From positions 48,885,130 to 48,949,129 of the forward strand of contig NC_090385.1 of the NCBI RefSeq assembly GCF_036365525.1: 64,000 nucleotides of DNA. The letters are read 5' to 3'. Origin of the DNA: Heterodontus francisci. Its lineage: Eukaryota. Made by a program: the position numbers and the translations under genes. Shown one piece after another: positions 12,884-26,235 of this stretch (position 1 is its first letter; every line of letters begins with the position of its first letter). The notes under the pieces are model-generated. The model was not told where the DNA came from. It did no database searches and saw only the letters and a program-made list of their open reading frames with translations.

Positions 12884-13070
12884 CAGTTTGGCTTAGTTGC
12901 TAGTACTGTTATCTCTGAGTCACAGTATATGTGTCTGAGCCCTACTCCATCAGATAATCTCGGCTAACACTATAATGCAGTGCTACACTGAGGAAGTGCT
13001 GCATTGTCAAATGTGTCCTTCAGATGACATATCAAACTGAAGTCTTGTCTGCCAGTTCAAGTGGATTTTA
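12884..13070 (+). mobile_element. Deu-domain SINE 5' fragment
   Basis: ggcttagttgctagtact...ctctgagtca head followed by gtgctgcattgtc...cagatgacat. Confidence 0.6.
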
Positions 13071-13599
13071 AAAGCTAAATGGGAAGATGGCAAGATTGCT
13101 ATTCTGAAATGATGGGTGAAATGGATCCAAACTATCTGGTGCACTAGATGCAGGCTCTAAGATTGCATATCTTTTATATAACATATACCATAAATTCTTA
13201 TTCATGTATATAGTTCAAGTTCCTGTTCAGTTGTCAAACAGATAGAATTATATGGAGAATAATGGATGCCTTGAGTGATTACCAGGCAGTAAGCTTATCA
13301 AGGAGTTGGATAATGTTGCATCATGCTTGAGTTTCACTTTCCTCAATTATGTTTGCGATTATGTTTTCAAAACTTTTCAATCGGACTCAGTCATGTTAAC
13401 TGTCATCTAACAAAGACAAAGAATATACTTTTATTATTTAAAATTGCTTTTCCTTACCTTTGTTTTGTCCTGTATGACTTTGAAGTAATGCTTCCCGATG
13501 TGACCTTTAATAATGCTGCTTGTTGTAGGATAAAAGATTTTTGTGACCTTATTACACAGGACATGAACGTATATTGGATTTCGTGGCAGTTTCTGCAGT
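13053..13599 (+). repeat. Local duplication copy A (uninterrupted)
   Basis: Collinear with 16235-16389 + 21819-22197. Confidence 0.9.
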
Positions 13600-13709
13600 A
13601 TTAATTTCCAAGTCATGTATTACCCAAAATGCTACATTAGTTCATTCATTTTTTTAAAAAACAATTCTTCCAAGAATTGCACATGAATTATTGAGTATAT
13701 AGGGCCTGA

Positions 13710-13785
13710 GCTGCTCCACACACCACTGACCACCTCCAGGCGCTTACCCATTGTCTCTCGAGATAAGGAGGCCAAAGAAGAGAAG
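13710..13785 (+). mobile_element. RTE-type LINE 3' tail with ~11-bp TSD
   Basis: Same tail as 60863-60950 (reverse). Flanked by ATAGGGCCTGA (13699-13709) and ATAGGGCTTGA (13786-13796). Confidence 0.75.
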
Positions 13786-14172
13786 ATAGGGCTTGAAGAC
13801 TTGCTTTATAGAAAAAATTAAGAATCAGAAATCTGCAAAATGTTGGAGTCCTGGTGCATTCACATTTTTAATCCCAAACGACTGAGATCTTAATGCTAAC
13901 GACTATCATAGTGATGAAGTAGTGAGCAGAGATCAAGGCATCCCTGCTGAATAAATACAAAATCAGAGAAGGGGGATGATTATCCCTAGCACATTTCTAA
14001 CAGTTGGATTGGAGCAGCACTGGGAGAAGGTTGTTCGCTGGCCTGAGCTATGACTGATGTGTGATTCAGAATTTTGAAAAACATTTGCAGAGGGTATGGG
14101 CTTACACTTTCACAAAAATATATTTAAAAGATCTGGAAAAGCGAGCACTCAACTGATAGTGCAAACTGTACT

Positions 14173-16115
14173 AAGAACAAAGAGAACAAAGAACAGTACA
14201 GCACAGGAACAGGCCATTCGGCCCTCCAAGCCTGCGCCGATCTTGATGCTTGCCTAAACTAAAACCTTCTGCACTTCCGGGGCCCATATCCCTCTCTTCC
14301 CATCCTATTCATGTATTTGTCAAGATGCTTCTTAAACGTTGCTATCGTACCTGCTTCCACCACCTCCCCTGGCAGCAAGTTCCAGGCACTCACCACCCTC
14401 TGTGTAAAGAACTTGCTTCGCACATCCCCTCTAAACTTTGCCCCTCTCACCTTAAACCTATGTCCCCTAGTAGCTGACTCTTCCACCCTGGGAAAAAGCT
14501 TCTGACTATCCACTCTGTCCATGCCGCTCATAACTTTGTAAATCTCTATCATGTCGCCCCTCCACCTCCATCGTTCCAGTGAAAACAATACGCGTTTATC
14601 CAACCTCTCCTTATAGCTAATGCCCTCCAGACCAGGCAACATCCTGGTAACACTCTTCTGTACCCTCTCCAAAGCCTCCATGTCCTTCTGGTAGTGTGGC
14701 GACCAGAATTGCACACAATATTCTAAGGGTGGCCTACCTAAAGTTCTGTACAGCTGCAGCATGACTTGCCAATTTTTATACTCAATGCCCTGACCGATGA
14801 AGGCAAGCATGCCGTATGCTTTCTTGACTACCTTCTCCACCTGCGTTGCCACTTTCAGTGACCTGTGGACCTGTACGCCCAGATCTCTCTGCCTGTCAAT
14901 ACTCCTAAGGGTTCTGCCATTTACTGTATACTTCCCACCTGCATTAGACCTTCCAAAATGCATTACCTCACATTTGTCCGGATTAAACTCCATCTGCCAT
15001 TTCTCCGCCCAAGTCTCCAACCGATCTATATCCTGCTGCATCCTCTGACAATACTCATCACTATCCGTAACTCCACCAATCTTTGTGTCGTCCGCAAACT
15101 TACTAATCAGACCAGCTACATTTTCCTCCAAATCATTTATATATACTACAAACAGCAAAGGTCCCAGCACTGATCCCTGCGGAACACCACTAGTCACATC
15201 CCTCCATTCAGAAAAGCAACCTTCCACTGCTACCCTCTGTCTTCTATGACTGAGCCAGTTCTGTATCCATCTTGCCAGCTCACCTCTGATCCCGTGTGAC
15301 TTCACCTTTTGTACCCGTCTGCCATGCGGGGCCTTGTTAAAGGCTTTACTGAAGTCCATATAGATAACATCCACTGCCCTTCATCAATCATCTTTGTCAC
15401 TTCCTCAAAAAACTCAATCAAATTAGTGAGACACAACCTCCCCTTCACAAAACCATGCTGCCTCTTGCTAATAAGGTCGTTGTTTCCAAATGGGAGTAAA
15501 TCCTGTCACGAAGAATCCTCTCTAATAATTTCCCTACCACTGACGTAAGGCTCACCAGCCTATAATTTCCTGGATTATCCTTGCTACCCTTCTTAAACAA
15601 AGGAACAACATTGGCTATTCTCCAGTCCTCTGGGACCTCACCTGTAGCCAATGAGGATGCAAAGATTTCTGTCAAGGCCCCAGCAATTTCTTCCCTTGCC
15701 TCCCTCAGTATTCTGGGTAGATCCCATCAGGCCCTGGGAACTTATCTACCTTAATGCTTTGCAAGAGACCCAACACCTCCTCCTTTTTGATAATGAGATG
15801 ACTGAGACTATCTACACTCCCTTCCCTAGGCTCATCATCCACCAAGTCCTTCTCTTTGGTGAATACTGATGCAAAGTACTCATTTAGCACCTCGCCCATT
15901 TCCTCTGGCTCCACACATAGATTCCCTTCTCTGTCCTTAAGTGGGCCAACCCTTTCCCTGGTTGCCCTCTTGCTCTTTATATACGTATAAAAAGCCTTGG
16001 GATTATCCTTAATCCTGTTTGTCAATGACTTTTCATGACCCCTTTTAGCCCTCCTGACTCCTTGCTTAAGTTCCTTCCTACTGTCTTTATATTCCTCAAG
16101 GGATTCATCTGTATT
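14173..16115 (-). mobile_element. CR1 LINE (HER1-like), 5'-truncated, relatively young
   Basis: 371-aa uninterrupted RT C-terminal ORF (YMDFSKAF, SGVPQGSVLGP, FADDTK), upstream tether pieces, and a tail ending in TTCTTTG-like repeats. Confidence 0.95.
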
Positions 16116-16389
16116 TCTGACAAAGGCCACATCCCTACCAATGGGTTTCTTGATGAATACTTTCAGGAACACTGCTATACATGGAGTGTTGCAGTGTGGG
16201 AATGAGCTCCTGTTTTTATTTGTGCCATGATTGGCAGTTCAAGTGGATTTTAAAAGCTAAATGGGAAGATGGCAAGATAGCTATTCTGAAATGATGGGTG
16301 AAATGTATCCAAACTATCTAGTGCACCAGATGCAGGCTCTGAGACGGCATATCTTTTATATAACATATACCGTAAATTGTTATTCATGT

Positions 16390-19300
16390 TGTTACGACCA
16401 GGTGAGAAAGGTGTCTCGGGGGCTTTCTCAGCCTTCACCTGGTCTTGTTGTAACAGGGTTTTAATTTTAAACACACTGTGTTTTGAGCTCCCCCTTGATG
16501 AATCCTTGTTCACCACTTTCCAATTATAAGGCAAAGTTTAGTTTAGCACTGAAACAGGCCCTTCGGCTCACCGAGTCTGTGCCGACCATCAACCACCCAT
16601 TTATACTAATCCTACACTAATTCCATATTCCTACCACATCCCCACCTGTCCCTATATTTCCTTACCACCTACCTATACTAGGGGAATTTTATAATGGCCA
16701 ATTTACCTACCAACCTGCAAGTCTTTTGGCTTGTGGGAGGAAACTGGAGCACCCGGAGAAAACCCACACAGACACAGGGCGAACTTACAAACTCCACACA
16801 GACAGTACCCAGAATTGAACCCGGGCCGCTGGAGTTGTGAGGCTGTGATGCTAACCATTGCGCCACTGTGCCGCAATGAGCATAAACGGCTTTCTTAGGT
16901 TTAAAGAAGAAATGTGAAATGTTATTAAATTTAAACTTAAATTCTAATTCGGTTAACTCCTACGAATACACATCATGCCCCACGCTAGCATGCCTACGCG
17001 ATATGCACATGCAAATAGAGACAGAAAAGAGCCGAAGAAAAAGTAGTGGAAAGGTTTGAGGCAAGCTCTGAAGAGGGCTTTTTTTTTTACTGTGCTTCAA
17101 GCTCACTGTAAAGTCCTTGATTGTAGGTAGATCTTGCTTTTTGTTGGGGCTTGTATTCTTCTTAAACCTTGTTCACTGTGGGAGACTTTTCTCTCTTGGG
17201 GTTCATAAGTTTTCAATGGTTTTTGAAGCTGGTGAAAGAGAGATGAGAGCAGACAGGAGAGAGGTCTTTTCAGTCCAGGAGCAACCAGCTTTCTGAGTTT
17301 TAAAACTCTGTGGCAAGTTCAAATTCAAAAAACTCCAACAACTAGTTAATTATGTGACTAAACTGGTCTGACCACGTCTGTTTATGTATTTGGCTATCTA
17401 AGCTGTCAATTTAGAATGCTAGCTTCTCCACCTTCAACGTCTGGTTATCAAAAGTCCATTGTGGATTAAATTGGAGCAGGGTGTGGCCCCTTTGTCCTTT
17501 CCGAGTACTGTCTGTTACTCTGCAAATGTCTTTCCAGTCATGGGTCTGGTGTTTTTTTCAAAAAAACAAGTTCTCTCTTTACTCCAGTAACAGTTTAAAA
17601 ATCAATGTTCATGTGGTGAAATTAATGTGTCTCATTCTTGGCAGGTGGGGGCCTGACACCTCCACACCCAGGGGAATGGAATGCGATTTGAAAAAAACGG
17701 CACATTTCATTAAAAGGTTTGAAAGAAAAAAAGATAGAAAGAAAAACCATGCATTTCTCTCATTCATTTCCATTTATTCATCAATCTTAAAGCCTATTAG
17801 AATTGTCTTTTCTGGGTGCCAGTGCTACTTTAATTTCCCCTTTTTGGCATCCCAGTAGCCATGTTGTTCTTTGGGGAAGCTTTTCTTCAGTTTGCCCATT
17901 GCCATGATTGCCTAGGGTTTTGTTCCTGTTGAGGTAATTTTATTTCCGGGAGAGTCAAAGAGTGGGTGCATCTATCCTGAACTCTCTTTCAGTGCTTGCT
18001 GATTCATGCAAAGATTTTTGATTTCGGAGGATGGGTGGTTCCCTTTTCCTCTGACTTTGGGGAGGATTCTATTAATCTCCCCTTTGTTCTTTGGGATACT
18101 CCTACTTGTGCAGACTTGACTGCACTCTCCTATGGCACTTCGACTAAGTGAGGCATCACCCTCATGGTTTCTGTGCCCCCTAGAGGTCTCTCTTTGTCTC
18201 TGCAGGTTCCTGTAAATGCTGTTCGCAACTCTGGTGGGTTGCTTCTAGAGTCTGCATTTACGTGGGAGGATGTGGGGTCTAATCTTTCACAATTTTCGGG
18301 GTTGGCTGACCGGACAGTAGGGGTTTTCATCCAGGATTCCTCCCGGACTTCCTTTAACCTGCCATCTTGATCTCTTTTTCCCTTCTCTTTCTAAACTTTT
18401 GCCAGCCTTGTGCCTGCCTGTCCCCTTTTGTTCTCATCGGGGGTCCATTACAGTTCACCAACCCTCGGCTGGAGGGTCCTCCTAACACCAGTATAGGATT
18501 TAGGGGTGCAGGTTTCACTGTACGTTGGGGTTTCCCCTCAACCTGGCACATGTGGCAACTCCTGCAGTACTCCACTACATCTTTGTGGAGTTTTGGCCAG
18601 TCAACTGTTGTCTCATATGGGCTTTGGTCTTTCGTATACCAGCATATACAGCCACTGTAGTCTCGTGGGTCCTTCTTAATATTTCTCTCCAGTATCTCTG
18701 TGGCACCACTAACTGGTGAACTACTGTTCACTCCTTGATCTCAGGTCTGTGAGGAGAACTCCATTTCCTCTTCAGTACCTCATTCTTTAAATAGTGGCAG
18801 TCAGGGACTCCCTCTGCTTCACTTTCAGACTGGGCAGCCTGTGCTAACTCTTGCAATACTGGGTCGGCTCACTGCGCCTCAGTTAGGGAAAATCCATTTA
18901 GTTCGCTCCTTGGGTCTCCCAACTTTCCAAATAAAGTCTTGGACAGGCAGACCTCATGGTCATCTGCCTGCAGTGCCAATGCAGTTTTCTCTGGGGGAGC
19001 TGTTTTGATCATGGCCTGATCCGCTACACATTCAGGGAAACTGCAGGGAACCGTCTCCTGCCACAGCCCTGTCTCTCTGACTTCCTGTAGTCTTTCTTTC
19101 ACAACTAGGGGGGCTACCACCTTCACCCCTGCCAGATCGTTACCTAGGAGCAGGCCAACTCCGTCCACAGGCAAACTAGGGCAATCCCTACGGTCACTGG
19201 TCCTGAAACTAGGTCGCACGTGTACAGGTACATGCATACACCGCCCTCCAATACCATTCACCACCATTCTGGAGTTTAGTGCACTCTCTGGGGAAAAGGT

Positions 19301-21814
19301 CAGGCCTTTTCCCAGTAAAAGGGATCTAGTGGCCCTGTGTCCCTGAGAATCACTATGGGCTTGCTTGCCCCACTCGAGGGGTTTGGGATTACTTTCCCTT
19401 CAGACACAAAACCCTGATAACCTTCAGGAATCCGATTAACTTGTCCTGCACTGGCCATAGTAAGCTTCCTGGGTTGCACTCTTGCTGCAGTTAAAGCCAC
19501 AGCTTATTCTGCTGTGCTTTCCATCAGGGTCCTGTCTTCACTGAGCGGGTGTGCCCTGATTAACCCTATTGGTTTTCCCTTTAGTTTCCAGCAGTCAGTT
19601 TTTAAATACCCTGCTTTATTACACTGGAAGCACATAGGTCTCTGGGGCTCACTCTTGCTCACAGCACTTTACTTTTTGGCTGGAGGAGGGCCCCCTGCGT
19701 CTCCTGCTTTCCTTTCTCTTCCAGGACTGCCTGGGCGGAGATCACCTTCCCAACCTTTGTCCTTTTCGGATTTGTGGGGGTGATTAGGAAAGGTTCTCCC
19801 CTGGGAAACCAACTTATAAATTAAAGCAAGCTCATCGGCCAAAACAGCCACTTGCCAGGCTCCCTGAACCCGCTGCTCCTCTACATGGGTCTTTGTTGAG
19901 AGTGGGAGAGAGTATTTAAATTCCTCTAACAAATTTACTTCTCTGAGTGTCTCATAGCTGAGCTGTATTTTAAGAGCCGTCAGCTACTGGTCAACAGTCA
20001 GCTGCTTACTTCTTTCAAACTCCAGATAAGTTTGATTAGCTTGCTTTTTGAGGGTTCTAAACTTTTGGCGGTAGGCTTCAGGTACTAATTCCTGAGGATG
20101 ACATTTTTGGTCAGTTCATAATTTGATGAACTCTCATCTGGCAACAAAGAATAAACCTCATGGGCTTTTCCAGTTAGCTTGCTTTGTATTAAAAGAGACC
20201 AGGTCTCAGCTGGCCATTTTAGCTGCCTTGCCAGTTTCTCAAAAGACACAAAAAATGCTTCCACCTCTTCCTCATTGAATTTTGGAATTACTTGGGTGAG
20301 TTTTAGCAATTTTGTACCCAGCCCTGAATTCTGCTACCCCATATTGGCCATGCTTTCACTGGGGTTATTCTGTCGCCTCCTAGTTAACTCAAGCCGCTTC
20401 AGCTCTCTTTCTTTGGATCCTTTCTGGAATATTCTTTCATTCTCTCTCCTCTCTCTCTCTATTTCTTCCCGTTCCTTCTGGAAGACTCTCTCTCTCTCTC
20501 CCTCTCCTGCCTTTCTCTTTTTCTCTTCTAATTCAAGTTTCCTCTGTTCCAATTATTTTTTTGCCAACAATACCCTGTCGGATTCTGCTTCTAACCCTGT
20601 TTCTAATTCTTCTGATTCAAGGGGAAAAAGGGTTGGTGACTAGCCTTAGTAGTTCAGATTTCCTAGCCTTGCCACGTACAGTGATCCCACACTGCTCAAC
20701 CATTTTTCTCAACTCCTCCATAGACAGTGCTTCTAACTTATCCCACGTTACTTCATCCTGGCTTGGAGAGCTGCTAGTTTCAGTTGCAGCCATGTTAGTG
20801 TTCAATCACACACAACCACAAGAAAACCTGTATTAAACTTGCTCTTTTTTGATTGGGGACAATTTGGCTTCCCACTTCCAATTTCTCTCGTTTGTCTGTG
20901 GGTAAAATCCCGGACACTAGCATCCAAATTTCTGTTACGACCAGGTGAGAAAGGTGTCTAGGGGGCTTTCTGTGTTTTGAGCTCCTTCTTGGTGAATCCT
21001 TGTTCTAACTTTTCAATTATAAGGCAAATAAATGAGCATAAACAGGTTTTCTTAGGTTTAAAGAAGAAAAATGAAATGTTATTAAATTTAAACTTAAACT
21101 CTAATTCGGTTAACTCCTACGAATCTATGCCGCGCCCCTGGCTAGCATGCATACGCGATACGCACATGCTAATAGAGACAGAAAAGAGCCAAAGAAAAAA
21201 TAGTGGAAAGGTTTGAGGCAAGCTCTGAAGAGGTTTTTTTTTTTACTGTGCTTCAAGCTCACTGTAGAGTCCTTCATTGTAGGTAGTCTTGCTTTTTGTT
21301 GGGGCCCAGTATTCTTCTTAAACCTTGTTCACTGTGGGAGACTTTTCTCTCTTGGGGTTCATATGTCTTCTATGGTTTTCTAAGCTGGTGAAAGAGAGAT
21401 GAGAGCAGACAGGAGATAGGTCTTTTCAGTCCAGGAGCAACCAGCTTTCTGAGTTTTAAAACTCTGTGGCAATTTCAAATTCAAAATACTCCAACAGCCA
21501 GTTAGTCATGTGACTAAACTGGTCTGACCACGTCTGTTTGTGTATTTGGCTATCTAAGCTGTCAATTTAGAATGCTAGCTTCTCCACCTTCCATGTCTAG
21601 TAACCAAAAATCCATTGTGGATTAAATTGGAACAGGGAATGGCCCCTTTGTCCTTTCCAAATACTGTCTGTTACTATGCAAATGTCTTTCCAGTCAAGGG
21701 TCTGGTTTTGTTTTGAAACAAGTTCTTTCTTTACTCCAGTAACAGTTTAAAAATCAATGTTCATGTGGCGAGATTAATGTGTCTCATTCTTGGCAGGTGG
21801 GGGCCTGCATGACA
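16390..21814 (-). mobile_element. Gypsy (Gmr1-like) LTR retrotransposon, internally deleted/non-autonomous
   Basis: LTRs 16390-17658 and 20933-21814 (TGT...ACA) and 4-bp TSD ATGT (16386-16389, 21815-21818). PBS-like TGGATGCTAGTGTCCGGGAT at 20926-20907 resembles the tRNA-Pro PBS; purine-rich tract next to the 3' LTR. Degenerate gag (SCAN-like, zinc knuckle CFQCNKAGYLKTDC), protease ILRDTG and integrase Zn region CRSCHMCQ. Confidence 0.93.
16536..16874 (-). mobile_element. HE1-like V-SINE inserted in the 3' LTR
   Basis: tRNA-like head (ggcacagtggcgcaatggttagc), V-domain and CR1-like tail. Absent from the sister LTR. Confidence 0.9.
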
Positions 21815-22278
21815 ATGTATATAGTTCAAGTTCCTGTCCAGCTGTCAAACACATAGAATTATATAGAGAATAATGGATGCCTTGAGTGATTACCCAGCAG
21901 TAAGCTTATCCAGGAGTTGGATAATGTTGCATCATGCTTGAGTTTCACTTTCCTCAATTATGCTTGCGATTTGAAACTTTTCAATTGGATTCAGTCATGT
22001 CAACTGTCATCTAATAAAGACAAAGAATATACTTCTTTTTAAAATTGCTTTTCCTTACTTTTGTTCTGTCCTATGTGACTTTGAAGTAACGCTTCCTGAT
22101 GTCACCTTTAGATGAAAGTAATGCTGCTTGTTGTAGGATAAAAAAATTTTGTGACCTTATTACACAGGACATTGGATTTCGTGGCAGTTTCTGCAGTGTT
22201 GAATTTAGGTACTTCCCCAAGGAACAGTAAAATCTATCAGACCAATAGTACGATATGAACAGGTCGTTTGACTCTCTG

Positions 22279-22839
22279 AGGTCAATTTTGGCCTTTGGCT
22301 GACTGACTGGTGGAGAACACCAGCCGATCACCTATACCTGATTTAATGAGGCTGCTGCGTTTTTGAGGTCCCTGCCTTATTAGCAGGGCTGGCGAGTTGC
22401 AGGCTGCTAAATGGTGTCTGATGCAGCTTGCTGGATTCAGGCCTCCCAATACTGGGCCACTCTGTCCACCAGCAAGATATGTGCAGAGGGGCGGAGATTC
22501 CAATCACGAAGGGTGTGGATGCCAGTGGGGCAGCAGGCCAAATATTTTTTCTGGGCCCCAGAGAAGCACTGCTGTTCCACTAGGCCCATAAATGTAATTC
22601 TAAACTTACTTAGGCTAGGCCACTTTGGCTACATTGCCCATGGAACTGGTTGGAGTGTGCATGGTGCACTCTCCTACCAGTTCCAACCTAAAATAGCAAC
22701 CTGATTTGCACATTTAAAGGAGTCTACGGCCTGAGGTGAGCTGGCTATGCACCCAATGGTAGGATCCTTTCAAGATCTTCATCCTTGTTGCTGGGGTGGT
22801 AACCCATTATTGCCAAGCGATATGAATGAAAATTGACCC
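22279..22839. mobile_element. MITE-like element
   Basis: Inverted termini ggtcaatttt (22280-22289) and aaaattgacc (22829-22838) with a GC-richer interior. Confidence 0.5.
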
Positions 22840-25649
22840 GTCTATGTGGAAACTGGGATAATCGTGGCTCTTAATACATCTGTTGTGTTCTTTTGGTGGA
22901 AAGCTAGAATGGGACAGGGAACAGTTGGGTAGGTTGTGAATATTTCCCCAGAAACACATCACCTGGCAGGACTGAGGACTCCAGGGAAGAGCAGACAGGC
23001 TGTGGGTGGTCTATAGGTTATATTATGAATATTACAGCTGTAGATGATTTTATAGTTCAGTCATATAATGTTGGATCATGTAATCCTTTTGAAGTATAAT
23101 TCACATTATATTCTATAAAATGAATTTATGTAAATTTAATGACAAATGTGTTGAGATAAATGTATTTTCTGCCTGGGAAGGAAGAAGAGCTGTGTGTCAT
23201 TTTTGTCAGTATGGTTTTACTTGTATGTGATGTGGGGATTGATTTTGACATGATTTATATCATTGCATAAAATGCTTGTAAAAACTTGTTTTGTGACACA
23301 CTTTTAAAATGCTGAATATTACAGCAAGATTGGAGAAATGCAGCCATCCATGAATTTCCCTGGCTTCTCATTGTTCTGGGAGCAAGACACCTTCAACCTT
23401 AAAGAGATGAAGCTAAGAAGACTTTAGTGTTTAAAAGATGTATTAGTGTAAAGATTGCATTAAAAATAATTACCGAAGTTAAGAATATAGAATAATTTGT
23501 AAAATGGTGTAAAAAGCCTGAATGCTTTCAATACCCTTTTTATTTCATTTTATTTCCTTACTCAAGGCAATATTTTGAAGTTAAGAGGAAGGGTGCAAGC
23601 TCCCAAGCCATGAATGGGAGGGCATTCAGAGTTGTGTAAGAAGCCATTCCAGTCAGTCACACTCTTTTTATGCTTCTGTGCTCGTTAGCTCACAGTTTCC
23701 AAGAACTAAAATGAGTGAAAAACTGTGGACTGGGTACTGCAGAAGCACAAGATCCCAGTCTTTAACTCCCAGTAGGGAAGCAGCTCAAGCTCTTTCAAGT
23801 ACCCCCACCCTCTAGATGGCTCAGTTGAAATGAGGACGACTAGAAAGTGGCTGAAACACATCCATTTGGGGTTGAACTAACAGTGAATTAACACTAAACA
23901 TTGTATGAGCTATGACAGTTGTGTAGTGGTACTATGTAATCTTATAGTTACTATATATAGAGATGCTGATTTTGAATAAGGAACTGTAGGTATTAGATCC
24001 AAAAGGGATCCTAAAACTTGTTCTGTTTTTCTATGGCTGCCAGCTTTAATGAGCAACGTTCTACCCAGAGGCAGAAGACTTTGAACCTTTGTTAGTTTCA
24101 CAGCACCAGATGATATTTATAGGAGCATCGCTGCTACACAATGTAGATTATGTCGTCTGTGATACACCATGATTTGCATCCCTTAAAAGGTCTCTAGGGG
24201 AAAACTGAGAAACAAATGAATAATTATCAACACCCTGCAGAAATCATGTTGCATAAATTCACCATACAGCAAATATTCACTGCAGCTGTCCACAAACCTT
24301 TCAAGCATTAAAATGAAGGTTTGCCAACAGGCTACTTCAAGCAGACCTAAACCTGTCTAGAGCATTCCACAAGATAGATGACGGCCTTTTAAAATGTTTT
24401 TTTTCCAGAAATATGTAAGGCAATTTGATATTTAATAATTTATTGCCTGCAGTAATGGACACAAGTATAAGAGACCACTACTTTATAATCGAAATAAAGT
24501 AATATTTAATACAGATCTTTTGTCATTTATTTACAGAAAACTCTGCTACATTAATACATGAATACATTTCCATATCAGCCTCTCATTACATATTATACAT
24601 TACAGGTGATATCACACAAGGGAGGAGGATTTGATATTGGCACTAGGACCATAGTAGACAGGGTTCAAGCCTTTCCCAAGTACTGTATGGATTGGATGGT
24701 TCCTGCTGGGGCTGAACCAGCCCAAATTGACACAACACGGTATGAGTCATGACAGTACTCCAGTGACTGCAACGTAGAAGTGGTAATGTTGAATAAGAAA
24801 CAGTAGGTATCGTGAAAGCTCTGGATGATCTGATCTAGACTCCAGATTGGCTTGAAATTCCGCTTTCACCAAAAAACTAGAGTATCTTTGTATTTAACTA
24901 TCTGCTGTTGCAGAAAATTATCACTTTGAAATGCTCCTTTTCTGAAGATGTGATTTTGTTAGCAGTCCATTAGTTATATAGAAAAACAACGGAGAATGAG
25001 ATGAAAAGACATTGGCCCGCCATAGAAAAAGTACAGGTTTCCTGGACAGTTTTATGAGTGGCCTCCAACTGTCCCTTTAAGGATCACTGGTCAGGCCGCT
25101 GACCACCTGATACAGTAGAACCAAGCTAGTGGTGCATGCTCTGCCCATTGTATCTGAATATTGCAATCGGGGTCCGCCAATCAGCATAGGACCTTGATTT
25201 GCATATTTAAGCATTCTCTCGCCTCTTTTAAGGAGGCAAGCTAATTGCCCATTTACAGGCCCACTTGGCAGCTTTTAGGTGTTAATGGGGTGGCTAAGGT
25301 GTGCACTTCCATCCTCCCACCACCCCTCCCCCCCAACATACAACCGGGTGGCTAATAGTTAAAAAAATCTCCAAAAGATATCCTAAAAAGAGAAATTTTC
25401 ACTGAAACCTCCCCGCACCTAAGTCCTTTAAATGCCATTCAAATTGACATATTTTGCCAAGGGAGTCCCCATGACCTCTGGACATTATTGAAAAAGAAAA
25501 GTTAGTGAGGGCACACATTGTCCATCATACTTTGACACTGTGTCAATGTTAATTAAAGCTGAAGTTTTATTGAATTCCATTACTGATACATTTTACACCA
25601 GATTGGATATAATCCATTGGAACTCCTATCTAGAAGCAAGATCTCTTAA

Positions 25650-26235
25650 GGCCCAATTGTACACACCCCCACCCCACCAGGTGGGAACTTGCTTCAATTC
25701 GGGCACCACATGGTCGACCACTCTAAAGGAATGGGGCCTAATTTAAATGGTGAATTCATGCCCCAATGATGTCATCTGGACAAACATGCCACTTTAGTTG
25801 TGGGCATGACTAACACCAGCACAGTCTCGAACCTCCCAGTGAAAGCTGGTGGCAGCAATGATCCTGGCCACAGGAGGCTAGGTAAATTCATTATTTTTCA
25901 CTTTTTAAACCTTTAAAAGTGCTTCTCCTGGCCCCACATGGATAGCTTGCCTCGCCTGCCCTGAGGTACACCCTCCATGATCAGGGACTTAACTGAACAC
26001 CCCATCCCCACTCACCTTTCCAGGAGTGTTTCTGTGGATCCCTGACCCCTCCCACATGATTTTCAACTTCTGCCCAACGGCAGTGATGTAATTCCCACCA
26101 GCCACAAGAGGGTTAGTATCGGAGCATGTTAATGTGGCGCTGGAGTTAAGATCTCCTGGGCCTCATGCTCTAGTAGGGCAGATGGATCACCGTCTGCTTC
26201 GGCCTATGATTCACACCCCAAGTTAAAATCAGGGC
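25650..26235. mobile_element. Possible old MITE
   Basis: GC-rich island ending gttaaaatcagggc, similar to other TIRs in the window; the left TIR is poor. Confidence 0.35.

Larger units (their letters stand above)
16235..22197 (+). repeat. Local duplication copy B, interrupted by the LTR element (16235-16389 and 21819-22197)
   Basis: Matches 13053-13599 on both sides of the LTR element. Confidence 0.9.

Noticed and set aside
14259-15374. 371-aa reverse transcriptase ORF as a retron, group II intron or host gene
   Set aside because: Motifs and 3' tail are those of a 5'-truncated CR1 LINE, and the upstream pieces are frameshifted.
19669-20309. Host SCAN zinc-finger gene
   Set aside because: The SCAN-like segment has a stop and a frameshift and lies inside gag between two LTRs; there is no C2H2 array.
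24558-24900. Possible coding exon in unique sequence
   Set aside because: The frames I translated gave no recognisable protein and no convincing splice-site pair.
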